Positions 12,495-23,880 of a DNA stretch of 64,000 nt are shown here, piece after piece (the stretch's first letter is position 1; every line of letters starts with the position of its first letter). Below the pieces are notes generated by a model. It saw only the letters and a list, made by a program, of their open reading frames with translations. It was not told the DNA's origin and searched no databases. The position numbers and the translations under genes were made by a program. This DNA comes from an uncultured Acidobacteriaceae bacterium (lineage in GTDB: Bacteria > Acidobacteriota > Terriglobia > Terriglobales > Acidobacteriaceae), in NCBI GenBank assembly GCA_963758545.1, contig CAVWVY010000001.1, forward strand, positions 110,141 to 174,140, read 5' to 3'.

Positions 12495-13454
12495 CTAGAA
12501 CCGTTCCTGCTCGTGATCTTCTGCGCCGTGCTTCACTGCGATAGCGCGCGGCTTCGTAGTGCGGGCGTACTGCCTTGGAGAGCAGCCCATAATGCGGCGG
12601 AAGGCTTTCCCGAAGGCGCTCTCGGACTCGTAGCCGAGGGATTGCGCGATGGCGGAGAGACCGTCGGTGGAGTTCTTCAGGCGGTCCGCAGCCAGAAGCA
12701 TGCGCCAGCGGGCGAGATATTCCATGGGCGTGGCGCCGACGATTTCGCGGAAGCGCAGGGCGAAGACCGAGCGCGACATGCCGACGCGTTCGGCCAGCAA
12801 CTCGAGTGTCCAGCGATATCCCGGGTCGTTGTGCATGCTGGCGATCGCGATGCTCATATGCTTGTCGGACAGCGCAGAAAGCCAGCCGCGAGCGCTGGCG
12901 GCGTCAGCCAGGTGCAGGCGCAGCGCCTGAACAAGCATCGTGTAGGCCAGTTGCTGTGCTATCAGCGAACTGCCGGGCTGCGGGTCGCGGAGTTCCTCGC
13001 GCAAACGCTCGAGCGACCAGCGCATGGCGGCCTTGTCCGGCTCGCGGCGGATGTGGACGATGGGCGGCAGCGAGTGCAGGAGCATCTCGGCGTGGCTGCC
13101 TGTGAACCCGAAGAAGCCTCCGGCGATATATCGCGTGCCCTCGGCGAATTCCGGGACGTCACTGGTCTTGCTCAGCCGCTCCCGCGCGAGGGTGTAGTGG
13201 ACCGGTTCGAGCGAGAGATCCGTCGTGAGCTGAAACGGAAGTCCACGAGGCAAGAGAAAGCAGTCCCCGGCGCGGAGCAGCACCGGCTCGGGCACGCCCT
13301 CGACGACCAGCCAGCACTCACCGGCAAGCATGGCGTAGCACTTGATGCCCTGGTGCTTTGGGAAGTGAATGGCCATATCGCCCGGCACCATGAAGCCGCC
13401 AGAGGCCAAGCTCTGCGGCTTCAGCAGGGCGAGAACTTCGGAGAGCGGGTCCAT
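12495..13454 (-). CDS. AraC family transcriptional regulator with N-terminal cupin domain
   Basis: Start chosen at MDPLSEVLALL (ATG 13454). The longer ORF to 14144 overlaps the SDR gene and reads as nonsense. The C-terminal HTH_18 region is IAIASMHNDPGYRWTLELLAERVGMSRSVFALRFREIVGATPMEYLARWRM...GYESESAFGKAFRR. Confidence 0.85.
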   Translation of the reverse strand: MDPLSEVLALLKPQSLASGGFMVPGDMAIHFPKHQGIKCYAMLAGECWLVVEGVPEPVLLRAGDCFLLPRGLPFQLTTDLSLEPVHYTLARERLSKTSDVPEFAEGTRYIAGGFFGFTGSHAEMLLHSLPPIVHIRREPDKAAMRWSLERLREELRDPQPGSSLIAQQLAYTMLVQALRLHLADAASARGWLSALSDKHMSIAIASMHNDPGYRWTLELLAERVGMSRSVFALRFREIVGATPMEYLARWRMLLAADRLKNSTDGLSAIAQSLGYESESAFGKAFRRIMGCSPRQYARTTKPRAIAVKHGAEDHEQERF

Positions 13455-13686
13455 CCGCTGACTCGACTCCGGAGCTGTTTGTAAAAGCGGCGTCTCGGAT
13501 CGCAGAGCTTCAAATTTCCGATCCGGTAGGACGATTGGACCAATCATACGGACGTTCAGTATAGATCGTCCGTACTTCGAGACCCATCTAGTGATCGACG
13601 GCCCTGTTTGGTCATGACTGATTGGCCATGACTGTTCGCGATGACCGATCGGCCGCGTATTCGTGAGATCCAAAGGAGACATCGTT

Positions 13687-14577
13687 ATGCGCATCTTTGT
13701 AACTGGAGCACCCGGCTTTATTGGCTTGGCGCTTGTGCCGGAGTTAATCAAAGCGGGGCACAGCGTGCTGGGATTGACGCGCTCGGACGCCGGTGCCGAA
13801 AAACTGCGTGCGGCCGGAGCCGAAGTGCTGCATGGAAATATCGAGGACCTCGACAGCCTGCGCAAAGGCGCAGCCGATTCCGATGGTGTGATCCATCTGG
13901 CCTTCAACCATGACTTCTCCCAGTTTGAGAAGAACGCCGCAGACGAACGCAAGGCAATCGCGGCGCTGGGTGAAGTACTGGTGGGTTCCGGCCGGCCATT
14001 CGTGGTGACCTCGGGGACTGCGATGGCAGCCAATGTGGACGGCAAGCCATCGACGGAAGACGGGCCGACCGCGTCCTGGAACCCTCGCTCGCCCTCCGAG
14101 GCGGTAGTGAAAGAGTTCACTGAGCGTGGCGTGAAAACTTCCATTGTTCGTTTGGCGCAGATTCACGATACGCACAAGCAGGGACTGGTGCCGTACCTTC
14201 TTGCTGTCGCGCGCACGAAGGGTGTCTCGGCATACGTCGGCGACGGCAGCAATCGCTGGCCCGCGGCGCACGTCTCCGACGTGGCGCGCTTGTATCGTCT
14301 GGCCTTTGAAAAGGCAGAGGCGGGTGCGATCTACCATGGAGTGGACGAGGAGGGTGTGACCATGAAGGCCATCGTCGAGGCGCATGGCCGCGGGCTGAAG
14401 GTGCCGGTGGTCAGCATCAAGCCCGAGGAGACGGAAGCACACTTCGGCTGGCTTGCCCGCTTCGCTGGCCACGACATGCCATCTTCAAGCGCCATCACCC
14501 GCCAGAAGCTGAACTGGAAGCCAACCGGCCCGGGCCTGATCGCCGACCTGGACAATATGGACTACGCGCAAGCCTGA
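13687..14577 (+). CDS. NAD(P)-dependent epimerase/dehydratase-type SDR oxidoreductase
   Basis: MRIFVTGAPGFIGLALVPELIKAGHSVLGLTR (Rossmann GxxGxxG). ATG 13687 is preceded by AAAGGAGA. Divergent from the AraC gene. Confidence 0.85.
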   Translation: MRIFVTGAPGFIGLALVPELIKAGHSVLGLTRSDAGAEKLRAAGAEVLHGNIEDLDSLRKGAADSDGVIHLAFNHDFSQFEKNAADERKAIAALGEVLVGSGRPFVVTSGTAMAANVDGKPSTEDGPTASWNPRSPSEAVVKEFTERGVKTSIVRLAQIHDTHKQGLVPYLLAVARTKGVSAYVGDGSNRWPAAHVSDVARLYRLAFEKAEAGAIYHGVDEEGVTMKAIVEAHGRGLKVPVVSIKPEETEAHFGWLARFAGHDMPSSSAITRQKLNWKPTGPGLIADLDNMDYAQA

Positions 14578-14583
14578 GTCGGG

Positions 14584-14620
14584 GCGCACCGGTAGCTGCC
14601 CATGAGTGCCGGTGCGCTTT
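14584..14620 (+). terminator. Hairpin GCGCACCGG-N16-CCGGTGCGC followed by TTT, just after the SDR stop
   Basis: 9-bp perfect stem and a short U-tract. The loop is long, so only moderate support. Confidence 0.45.
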
Positions 14621-14753
14621 ACGTGAACGGGCTAGTGAAGGGTCATGGTGCCCGCGACGGCGTTCACGTCGGCTTTCCCAATTCGGAACTGCGACGGAGA
14701 CGTGTTGAGGATTGGTTTTGCACTCATCCAGGGCATAATTGGTTATGAATACG

Positions 14754-14773
14754 GTTACATAAAATTCTGTAAC
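14754..14773. repeat. Inverted repeat GTTACA-N8-TGTAAC in an AT-rich 3'-3' intergenic region
   Basis: Read directly from the sequence: GTTACATAAAATTCTGTAAC. Confidence 0.5.
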
Positions 14774-14823
14774 TCATCATGCGGCAATACCTTGCCAGAT
14801 GTTTTGCCCTGCCGTGTGTGCAT

Positions 14824-14875
14824 ATGTTCCACGTGGAACATTCGACGACACCGCCCCGGAGGTTCCACGTGGAAC
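14824..14875. repeat. Two copies of the perfect palindrome GTTCCACGTGGAAC, 36 bp centre to centre
   Basis: Copy 1 is ATGTTCCACGTGGAACAT (14824-14841, an 18-bp perfect palindrome). Copy 2 is GTTCCACGTGGAAC (14862-14875). Both lie 20-70 nt beyond the histidine kinase stop, between convergent genes. Confidence 0.6.
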
Positions 14876-14894
14876 ACTCCGAGGGCCGACGAGT

Positions 14895-16391
14895 CTAATA
14901 GGCGCCGGTCTGCTGCAGTGGCAATCCCACTTGGAAGCAGGTCTTGCCCGGCACGCTCTCGACGAAGAGATAACCCCGATGCATCCGAACGATGCGCTGT
15001 GCCGTATCGAGCCCCAAACCGAGACCATGGCCCGGTGCCTTGGTGGTGAAGAACGGTTCGAAGATGCGCACCTGTTGGTCCTTCGGAATCCCGGGGCCGT
15101 TGTCCTCTACCTCGACCAGCACAATGTCGGACGCGCGGCGGACGCGCAGCGTGATGCGTCCGCGATTCTTGATCGCATCCAGCGCGTTTTCCAGCAGCAC
15201 GGTCCACACCTGGTTCAGCTCGCTGCCATAGGCCGAGATGATGGGCAGGTTCGGCTCATAGTCACGCTCCACCACCACATGCTGCAGACGCGATTGCAAC
15301 ATGGCCAGGGTGTTTTCCAGGCTCTGAGGCACATCGATATCCTGGATCGGCGCCTGGTCCATGTAGGAGTAGTCCTTGATGGCGCGGATGAGGTCGAAGA
15401 TACGCGCCGTCGAGTCCAGCATGGCTTCCGCCATGCGCTCGGCGCGCAGCGTGGATGCATGCTGCGAGAGCAGCAGCGCCGTGCTTTCCGGCGTCAGAAA
15501 TTCCGGCAGCGCCGCAAGATGTTCCGGCGTAATGCCGGCCTCTGCAAACTCCGGCGCGATCTGTCCGATGTTGGCGATCTGCCGCTCCTGCAGCCAGCGC
15601 GTCAACGCCTCCTCGCGTACCGCGATCTGCGCAGGCGTTAGCGAAGGCTTGCCTTCGAGGCTGCGGCGCATGTGCTCATCCCATTGGCGGAGCGCCTCGA
15701 CATGCGCCGGCTCGAAACAAAGGCTGCCGAGACGGAAACGATCGCGGCCAAAGGTCTCCAGTTCCTGCAGCATGCCGGAGGCGGCGCGCTGTGCCGCGGA
15801 TGCGGGATTGTTGAGCTCGTGCGCAAGATTGCCGGCAAGTTTGCCCAGCGCTGTTAGCTTTTCGGATTGCTGCTCCATGCGCGTGACTTCGCGCGAACGA
15901 TCCAGCAGGATGCTGACCACGCGCTGCGTCATGGAGGGAATCTCGGCCAGCATGCGGGGAAAGAGCGAGCGGTTGTAACGGACGGCCCAGGTTGGTGCGG
16001 TGGTGACGCCGCGGCCACCCCAGGTCTTCATGCGCGAGAAGGGCAGCAGGCCGGTGATTTGTCCGGCGCGGCCGATGAACATGACAGGGCCGGCCCCACT
16101 TCGATCGCGTTGCACCTGGATCTCACCCTTCAACAGGATGGTCATGGAGTCAGCGGGCTCGCCCTGTTCGAAAACGGTGGCGTTCCCGTCCACGAAGAGC
16201 TCCTCGCCATTGGTTGCGAGCCACAGATATTCGTCATCGGTGAGGCCGTTGAGAGGAGTGACATTGCGAAGCGCGTCAGTGAGCGCAGCGATGCGATCAC
16301 TGGATGTGGCAACCGGTTGCTCGATCAGGCTTTCGCTCACGTGGCGACCTCCTTGAGGGTTCATGGTAGCCGACCGGCCGCCCTGCGGCAT
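14895..16391 (-). CDS. Sensor histidine kinase with N-terminal cyclic-nucleotide-binding domain
   Basis: cNMP-binding-like region ([23 protein letters not shown]...[15 protein letters not shown]), HisKA ([16 protein letters not shown]) and HATPase_c (VEDNGPGIP...[15 protein letters not shown]). An alternative start is at 16364. Confidence 0.85.
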   Translation of the reverse strand: MPQGGRSATMNPQGGRHVSESLIEQPVATSSDRIAALTDALRNVTPLNGLTDDEYLWLATNGEELFVDGNATVFEQGEPADSMTILLKGEIQVQRDRSGAGPVMFIGRAGQITGLLPFSRMKTWGGRGVTTAPTWAVRYNRSLFPRMLAEIPSMTQRVVSILLDRSREVTRMEQQSEKLTALGKLAGNLAHELNNPASAAQRAASGMLQELETFGRDRFRLGSLCFEPAHVEALRQWDEHMRRSLEGKPSLTPAQIAVREEALTRWLQERQIANIGQIAPEFAEAGITPEHLAALPEFLTPESTALLLSQHASTLRAERMAEAMLDSTARIFDLIRAIKDYSYMDQAPIQDIDVPQSLENTLAMLQSRLQHVVVERDYEPNLPIISAYGSELNQVWTVLLENALDAIKNRGRITLRVRRASDIVLVEVEDNGPGIPKDQQVRIFEPFFTTKAPGHGLGLGLDTAQRIVRMHRGYLFVESVPGKTCFQVGLPLQQTGAY

Positions 16392-16436
16392 CCACCGCAG
16401 GGCTGAAAACCCGATTCCCAGTGCCGAACGACTGAA

Positions 16437-17480
16437 TTATGCGCCTGTAGTGACTTCCTGCGCTTCTGGTGATTGTGAAGGCGCGGTTACAGGATCAAGG
16501 AACGGCATCGCGGCCCGCAACTGACTGCCTACCTTCTCAATCGGGTGTGCGCGCTCCGCCGTCCGGTACTTCTCAAACTGATGCCGGCCGGTGCGATTTT
16601 CTTCCATAAATTTACGAGCGAAGGAGCCGTCCTGGATTTCGGCCAGCAGCTTCTTCATCTCCGCGCGGGTCTGATCGGTCACAATTCGCGGGCCGGCAGT
16701 GTAGTCGCCGAACTCGGCCGTGTCGGAGATGGAGTAGCGCATGTAGCTCAGGCCGCCGCGATACATCAGGTCGACGATCAGCTTCAGCTCGTGCAGGCAT
16801 TCGAAATAGGCCATCTCCGGCGCATAACCCGCTTCGACCAGGGTGTCGAATCCGGCCTTGACCAGCGCCGATGTACCGCCGCAGAGCACAGCCTGCTCAC
16901 CGAAGAGATCGGTCTCGGTCTCTTCCTTAAACGAGGTCTGGTAGACGCCGGCGCGGGTGCAGCCGATGGCGCGCGCGTAGGAGAGCGCGAGCTTCTGCGC
17001 GTTGCCGGTAGCGTCCTGCTGCACGGCGATGAGGCCAGGGACGCCGCCGCCTTCAGTAAAGATTTCGCGCACGCGATGGCCGGGAGCCTTAGGCGCGACC
17101 AGCGCAACGTCGATGTCGGCGGGCGGCTTGATGAAGCCGAAGTGGATATTGAAGCCGTGCGCGAAGAGCAGCAACTTTCCTTTGCTCAGGTGCTGTGCGA
17201 TGTGGTCCTTATATACGTCGGCCTGTGACTGATCGGGGACGAGGATCATGATGACGTCCGCCCACTTTGCAGCGTCGGCGATGGAGAGCACGGCGAGACC
17301 GGCCTTCTCCGCTTTCGCGCGCGAGCGGCTGGTTGCGGGAAGTCCCACGCGCACATCGACGCCGGAGTCCTTGAGGTTGAGCGAGTGGGCGTGGCCCTGC
17401 GAGCCATAACCGATCACCGCGACCTTTTTGGCCTGGATGAGTGAGAGGTCGGCGTCCTGATCGTGAAAAACCTTGGGCAT
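16437..17480 (-). CDS. ilvC: Ketol-acid reductoisomerase
   Basis: [47 protein letters not shown]; 347 aa, intact. Confidence 0.95.
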   Translation of the reverse strand: MPKVFHDQDADLSLIQAKKVAVIGYGSQGHAHSLNLKDSGVDVRVGLPATSRSRAKAEKAGLAVLSIADAAKWADVIMILVPDQSQADVYKDHIAQHLSKGKLLLFAHGFNIHFGFIKPPADIDVALVAPKAPGHRVREIFTEGGGVPGLIAVQQDATGNAQKLALSYARAIGCTRAGVYQTSFKEETETDLFGEQAVLCGGTSALVKAGFDTLVEAGYAPEMAYFECLHELKLIVDLMYRGGLSYMRYSISDTAEFGDYTAGPRIVTDQTRAEMKKLLAEIQDGSFARKFMEENRTGRHQFEKYRTAERAHPIEKVGSQLRAAMPFLDPVTAPSQSPEAQEVTTGA

Positions 17481-17569
17481 GATTGCTCCTTTTATGAAAT
17501 CAGCGAGTCAGCAAATCGGCGAGTCAGCGACAAGCAACGAAGCGCTGCGGATTGGTGTTGCGGAGAGAA

Positions 17570-18204
17570 CTAAATCTCTTCCTCGTGCACGTTTTCAAAT
17601 TCGTTAGGGAGGATCTCGTCAGCATCGAGCTTACCGCCAGGGACGCTTCCATTGCTATTCGTGGCCCGTTTGCCGCCGAGTGCGGAGAGCACGCGGCTGG
17701 TGTGATGGCCGCGCCGCATGGCCATGCGGCCGGTGCGGGAGACTTCCAGGATGGAGTAGCCGGACTCGGTGATGACCTGCACCAAGCCCTTCGATTTTGC
17801 TGGAGCTCCCGGTCATCTCCAGCATGATGGATTCCGGCGCGAGATCGACGACGCGGGCGCGAAAGACATTCGCGAGTTCGAAGATCTGCGAGCGCGAGTG
17901 TGGGCCATTCGGCGAGTCGGGTCCGACAGCAATCTTCATCAGGCAGAGCTCGCGGACGACAGCGCCAGCAGCGGTCGACTTCATCGACGTGGACCGTGGT
18001 TTCGAGCTTGTAGAGCGAGGCGCGGATGCGATCGGCGGCATGCTCGTGCGCGTCGCAGACGATGGTCATGCGCGAGGTATCGGGCCGCTCCGATTCGCCG
18101 ACGGTGAGCGAGACGATATTGATGTTGAGCCGGCGAAAGAGAGAAGCGACCCGGGTGAGCACGCCGGGCTTGTCTTCGACTAAGGCTACGAAGGTGTGCA
18201 GCAT
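17570..18204 (-). pseudogene. ilvN: Acetolactate synthase small (regulatory) subunit, frame-disrupted at about 17980 and about 17785
   Basis: MLHTFVALVEDKPGVLTRVASLFRRLNINIVSLTVGESE...YKLETTVHVDEV is in the 18204 frame. AVVRELCLMKIAV...RARVVDLAPESIMLEMTGSSSKIEGL is in ORF 17655..18041. VQVITESGYSILEVSRTGRMAMRRG is in ORF 17570..17785. Confidence 0.85.
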
Positions 18205-19970
18205 TATTCGTCCTCCGCAGTCTCGAGCAGCGGATCGCGCTCTGGCCGGTGAACCATCTCGTGCAGCGCGGCGCCGGGCGCGATCATCGGGTAGACGCCG
18301 TCTTCCTTTTCCACATGGAAGTTGATCAGGAAGGGACGGTTGGATGTCCTCGCTTTCGTGACAGTCGGTGTTACGTCTTTACGCCTGGTGATGTGGGCGC
18401 CTTCAATGCCGTGGGCTTCGGCCAGTTTGACGAAGTCCGGCGAGAGGATGGGTGAGGCGGAGTAGTTCTTCTCATAGAAGGTCTCCTGCCACTGGCGGAC
18501 CATGCCGAGAAAACCGTTGTTGATGATGGCAATGTTGATGGCGAGCTTTTCCTGCACGATGGTGGAGAGCTCGGCCGCCGTCATCTGGAAGCCGCCATCG
18601 CCAGCGATGACCCAGACATCCTTCTGCGGGCAGGCAGTTTTTGCGCCGATGGCCGCGGGCAGGGCGAAGCCCATGGTGCCCAGGCCGCCCGAAGTGACGA
18701 GCGATCGCGGTGCCTCATGCTTGAAGTACTGCGCCTCCCACATCTGGTGCTGGCCGACATCTGTAACGATGATGGTGTCCTGTTCGCGACCGGCGGCCTG
18801 CGCCTCGCGCCAGATATCGTGGATGATGTGCGCGGCGTAGAGATGACCATTGTCCGGCAGGTTGATGATGTCGCGGACGGCGGCCGTGCCTTTGGAGGCG
18901 TTGATCTGCCGCAGCCAGCCGGTGTCGGTACGCTTGGGAAGCATCGGCAGCAGCGTTTCGAGGACGATTTTCAGGTCGCCGATGAGCGCAACATCGACGC
19001 GGACATTCTTGTTGATCTCCGATGGATCGATCTCGATGTGGATCTTCTTCGCGTTTTGCGCATAGTGTGCCAGATTGCCGGTGACGCGATCGTCGAAGCG
19101 CATGCCAAAGGCAAGCAGCAGGTCGGCTTCCTGGATGGCGTGGTTGACCCACGATTCGCCGTGCATGCCCATCATGCCAAGGTGCAGCGGATGCGCGGCG
19201 GGAAAACTGCCGAGGCCGAGCAACGTGGAAGCGACAGGAATCTGCTGCGACTCCGCAAACTCGATCACCTGTTGCTCCGCGCCCGATTGCGTGATGCCAT
19301 GGCCGGCGAGGATGACGGGGCGCTTCGCCGATTGAATCAGCGCGACTGCTTCGCGGATCGCACTGGATTCCGCGCGCAGCATGGGATGCGGGCGCGCGGC
19401 GCATGGCGCGCAAACAGCAAAGTCGAAGGGCGCTGTCGCCTGCTGAGCATCCTTGGTGATGTCGATGAGCACAGGGCCGGGACGGCCGGAGGTGGCGATC
19501 TGAAACGCAAGCCGAATCGCCGGAGCGATGTCTTCCGCGCGCGTGACGAGGAAGTTGTGTTTCGTGATCGGCAGAGTGATGCCGGTGATGTCCACTTCCT
19601 GAAAGGCATCCGAGCCGAGCACTTTGGAGGAGACCTGTCCGGTGATCGCGACGATGGGCACGGAGTCAAGCATTGCGGTGGCGATGCCGGTGACGAGGTT
19701 CGTCGCGCCGGGACCGCTGGTCGCCATGCATACGCCGACGCGGCCCGAAGCGCGCGCGTAGCCGTCGGCCATGTGGGCTGCACCCTGCTCGTGCCGCACC
19801 AGAACGTGGCGGATGGGAAATTTGCGCAGCGCGTCATAGATAGGCAGGATGGCGCCGCCGGGATAGCCAAAGACTTCGCGGACGCCTTCTCCTTCGAGAG
19901 TTGCCCACACGATCTCCGCGCCTGTCAGTAGCGTGGGACCTGCGCCAGCCGGGGGATGCTGCTTGCTCAT
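18204..19970 (-). CDS. ilvB: Acetolactate synthase large (catalytic) subunit
   Basis: Start chosen at MSKQHPP...LTGAEIVWATLEGEGVREVFGYPGGAILPIYDAL (ATG 19970, AAAGGA upstream). TPP motif GGLGTMGFALPAAIGAK...GDGGFQM. The stop overlaps the ilvN ATG (TAATG). Confidence 0.95.
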   Translation of the reverse strand: MSKQHPPAGAGPTLLTGAEIVWATLEGEGVREVFGYPGGAILPIYDALRKFPIRHVLVRHEQGAAHMADGYARASGRVGVCMATSGPGATNLVTGIATAMLDSVPIVAITGQVSSKVLGSDAFQEVDITGITLPITKHNFLVTRAEDIAPAIRLAFQIATSGRPGPVLIDITKDAQQATAPFDFAVCAPCAARPHPMLRAESSAIREAVALIQSAKRPVILAGHGITQSGAEQQVIEFAESQQIPVASTLLGLGSFPAAHPLHLGMMGMHGESWVNHAIQEADLLLAFGMRFDDRVTGNLAHYAQNAKKIHIEIDPSEINKNVRVDVALIGDLKIVLETLLPMLPKRTDTGWLRQINASKGTAAVRDIINLPDNGHLYAAHIIHDIWREAQAAGREQDTIIVTDVGQHQMWEAQYFKHEAPRSLVTSGGLGTMGFALPAAIGAKTACPQKDVWVIAGDGGFQMTAAELSTIVQEKLAINIAIINNGFLGMVRQWQETFYEKNYSASPILSPDFVKLAEAHGIEGAHITRRKDVTPTVTKARTSNRPFLINFHVEKEDGVYPMIAPGAALHEMVHRPERDPLLETAEDE

Positions 19971-19998
19971 CGGCTTATCCTTTCTCTGCGATTTTGCA

Positions 19999-21714
19999 TT
20001 ACACCGTGACTGCGCCCAGCGATGCGGAACTGACGCTGTCTGCATATTTGCGGAAGACACCACTCTTGAAGCGCGGCTCCGGCGCCTTCCATGTTTTCAG
20101 GCGCGCAGCAATCTCTGCGTCCGGAACTTCCAGCGTGAGCTTGCGATTCGGGATGTCGAAGACGATGGAATCGCCTTCGCGCACTGCGGCGATCGGGCCG
20201 CCGAGTTGCGCTTCCGGTGCGACGTGTCCGGCCATCAGGCCGCGGGTTGCTCCGGAGAAGCGGCCATCGGTGAGCAGCGCGACTGTCTCGGAGAGCTCAG
20301 GGATGCCTTTGATGGCTGCGGTGACAGCAAGCATTTCGCGCATGCCGGGACCGCCGCGCGGGCCTTCATAGCGGATGACGAGGATGTCATTGGGGTTGAT
20401 CTTTCCGGATTCAACCGCCGCGAAGCAGTCGTCCTCGCTCTCGAAGACGCGCGCTATGCCGCGATGGAAGACGCGCTCGTGTCCGGCGACCTTGACGACG
20501 CAACCCTCCGGGGCAAGATTGCCCTTGAGAATGACGAGGCCGCCTACCGGCTTCAACGCCTGCTCCCACGAGCGGATCACGACCTGGCCGGGCGTTTCGA
20601 TGGCAGCCGACGCCTCCTGATGCAGCGTCTTTCCTGTAACCGTGATGGTGTCGTGAAGCAGGCCACGGTCGAGCAGCCGCTTGGCCAGCACGCGCGAGCC
20701 GCCGGCGTCCTGATAATCCTTCGCGACGTACTTGCCGCCGGGCGTCAGATCGCAGATCAGCGGCGTCTTCTCGCTGATGCGGTCGAAGTCATCCATGCTG
20801 AGTTGCAATCCCATTTCGCGCGCGATGGCGATCAGGTGCAGCACGGCGTTGGTCGATCCGCCGGAGGCGCAGACAGCGGTGATGGCGTTTTCGAGCGCCT
20901 GACGCGTGATGATTTTGGAGGGGCGCAGATCGTTGCGCACCAGGTCCATGATGAGACGTCCCGCTTCGCGGCTGGCGCTCGCTTTGTCCGCGGCCATGGC
21001 GGGCACGCCGGTGATCTGGATAGGCGAGATGCCGAGAAATTCGCCGGCCATGGCCATGGTGTTCGCGGTGAACTGGCCGCCGCAGGCACCCGGCCCGGGG
21101 CAGGCGGCGGCTTCCACGGCTTCGAGCTGATCGTCGGTGATCTTGCCCGCAGCGTGCGAGCCGATGGCTTCGAAAACGTTCTGAATCGTGATGTCGACGA
21201 AGGAGCCGTCCGGCTGCTTCAGCTTGCCGGGCGCGATGGAGCCGCCGAAGAGCATGAGTCCAGGAATATCGAGCCGGCACATGGCCATGATGGTGCCGGG
21301 CATGTTTTTGTCACAACCAGCGATACAAATGATGCCGTCAAAGAGATTGCCGCGCGCGACTAACTCTACCGAGTCGGCGATGACTTCGCGCGAGATCAGC
21401 GAGGCCTTCATGCCCTGGGTGCCCATGGTGATGCCGTCCGAGATGGTGACGGTGTTGAATTCCATCGGCGTACCGCCCGCCTCGCGCACGCCTTCCTTTA
21501 CGGCCTTTGCTACGTCGCGCAGATGAAAGTTGCAGGGACCGATCTCGGTCCAGGTATTGGCGATGCCGATGATGGGCTTGTGCAGGTCTTCCTTGCTGAA
21601 GCCGACACCGCGCAAAAACGAGCGTGCCGCAGCGCGCGAGGCGCCCTCTGTGAGTGCTGCGGAATTCTTCTTACCGGGGGCGGTGCCGTTGCCGGCGGTG
21701 TGCTGTTGGGGCAT
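19999..21714 (-). CDS. ilvD: Dihydroxy-acid dehydratase
   Basis: RSFLRGVGFSKEDLHKPIIGIANTWTEIGPCNFHL...IAGCDKNMPG...ALLTDGRFSGATRG; 571 aa, intact. Confidence 0.95.
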   Translation of the reverse strand: MPQQHTAGNGTAPGKKNSAALTEGASRAAARSFLRGVGFSKEDLHKPIIGIANTWTEIGPCNFHLRDVAKAVKEGVREAGGTPMEFNTVTISDGITMGTQGMKASLISREVIADSVELVARGNLFDGIICIAGCDKNMPGTIMAMCRLDIPGLMLFGGSIAPGKLKQPDGSFVDITIQNVFEAIGSHAAGKITDDQLEAVEAAACPGPGACGGQFTANTMAMAGEFLGISPIQITGVPAMAADKASASREAGRLIMDLVRNDLRPSKIITRQALENAITAVCASGGSTNAVLHLIAIAREMGLQLSMDDFDRISEKTPLICDLTPGGKYVAKDYQDAGGSRVLAKRLLDRGLLHDTITVTGKTLHQEASAAIETPGQVVIRSWEQALKPVGGLVILKGNLAPEGCVVKVAGHERVFHRGIARVFESEDDCFAAVESGKINPNDILVIRYEGPRGGPGMREMLAVTAAIKGIPELSETVALLTDGRFSGATRGLMAGHVAPEAQLGGPIAAVREGDSIVFDIPNRKLTLEVPDAEIAARLKTWKAPEPRFKSGVFRKYADSVSSASLGAVTV

Positions 21715-21717
21715 GAA

Positions 21718-22377
21718 CTAACGGGTCTCCAATGCTGTGGTTGCGGGCGTGGCTGGCTTGGGTGCAGACCAGAACGCGGCGTCGTGTTGTTCTTCGTAGC
21801 TGTCGAGCGCCGCCGCATAGCGCAGCGTGAGGCCGATGTCGTCCAGCCCGTTCAGCAGGCAGTACTTGCGGAAAGGATCAATCTCGAAGTGTGCTTGGAA
21901 GCCCTGATCGTCGGTGACGGTCTGCTGCTCGAGGTCGATGGTGATGCGGTGATTGGGATTTGCGGTCGAGCGCCCGAGGAGTGTTTTTACTTCGTCGTCC
22001 GTCAGGCGCGCCAGGACCAGGCCGTTTTTGCCGGCGTTGGAATAAAAGATGTCCGCAAACGATGGCGCGATGACGGCGCGAAAGCCGAACTGCTGGATGG
22101 CCCACGCGGCATGCTCGCGGGAGGAGCCGCAGCCGAAGTTTTTCTCGGCGATCAGGATCTTTGCGCCTTTGTATTCCGGCTTGTTGAGCACGAAATCCGC
22201 TTTCGGCTCGACGTGATCGGGAATGTCCAGGTTGTAGCGCCAATCGTAGAAGAGAAAGTCTTCGTAGCCGGTGCGCTCGATGCGCTTCAGGAACTGCTTG
22301 GGGATGATCTGGTCCGTATCGATGTTGGGCAACGGCAGCGGCGCAGCGGTGCTGGTGAGTTTGCGAATGGCTTCCAT
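21718..22377 (-). CDS. leuD: 3-isopropylmalate dehydratase small subunit
   Basis: [36 protein letters not shown]...[14 protein letters not shown]; 219 aa. Confidence 0.95.
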   Translation of the reverse strand: MEAIRKLTSTAAPLPLPNIDTDQIIPKQFLKRIERTGYEDFLFYDWRYNLDIPDHVEPKADFVLNKPEYKGAKILIAEKNFGCGSSREHAAWAIQQFGFRAVIAPSFADIFYSNAGKNGLVLARLTDDEVKTLLGRSTANPNHRITIDLEQQTVTDDQGFQAHFEIDPFRKYCLLNGLDDIGLTLRYAAALDSYEEQHDAAFWSAPKPATPATTALETR

Positions 22378-23846
<1,469 letters not shown>

Positions 23847-23880
23847 CGGTGCGTTTCCTTTATGTAACAGAAGCTATTTC

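Noticed and set aside
12495-14144. Full 549-aa extent of the AraC ORF
   Set aside because: The N-terminal 230 residues read as nonsense and overlap the well-supported SDR gene on the other strand. The real start is at MDPLSEVL (13454).
19933-21363. 476-aa plus-strand ORF (and similar ones at 18717..19931 and 22460..23617)
   Set aside because: They lie antisense to ilvD, ilvB and leuC, which have unmistakable motifs on the minus strand. They are shadow ORFs.
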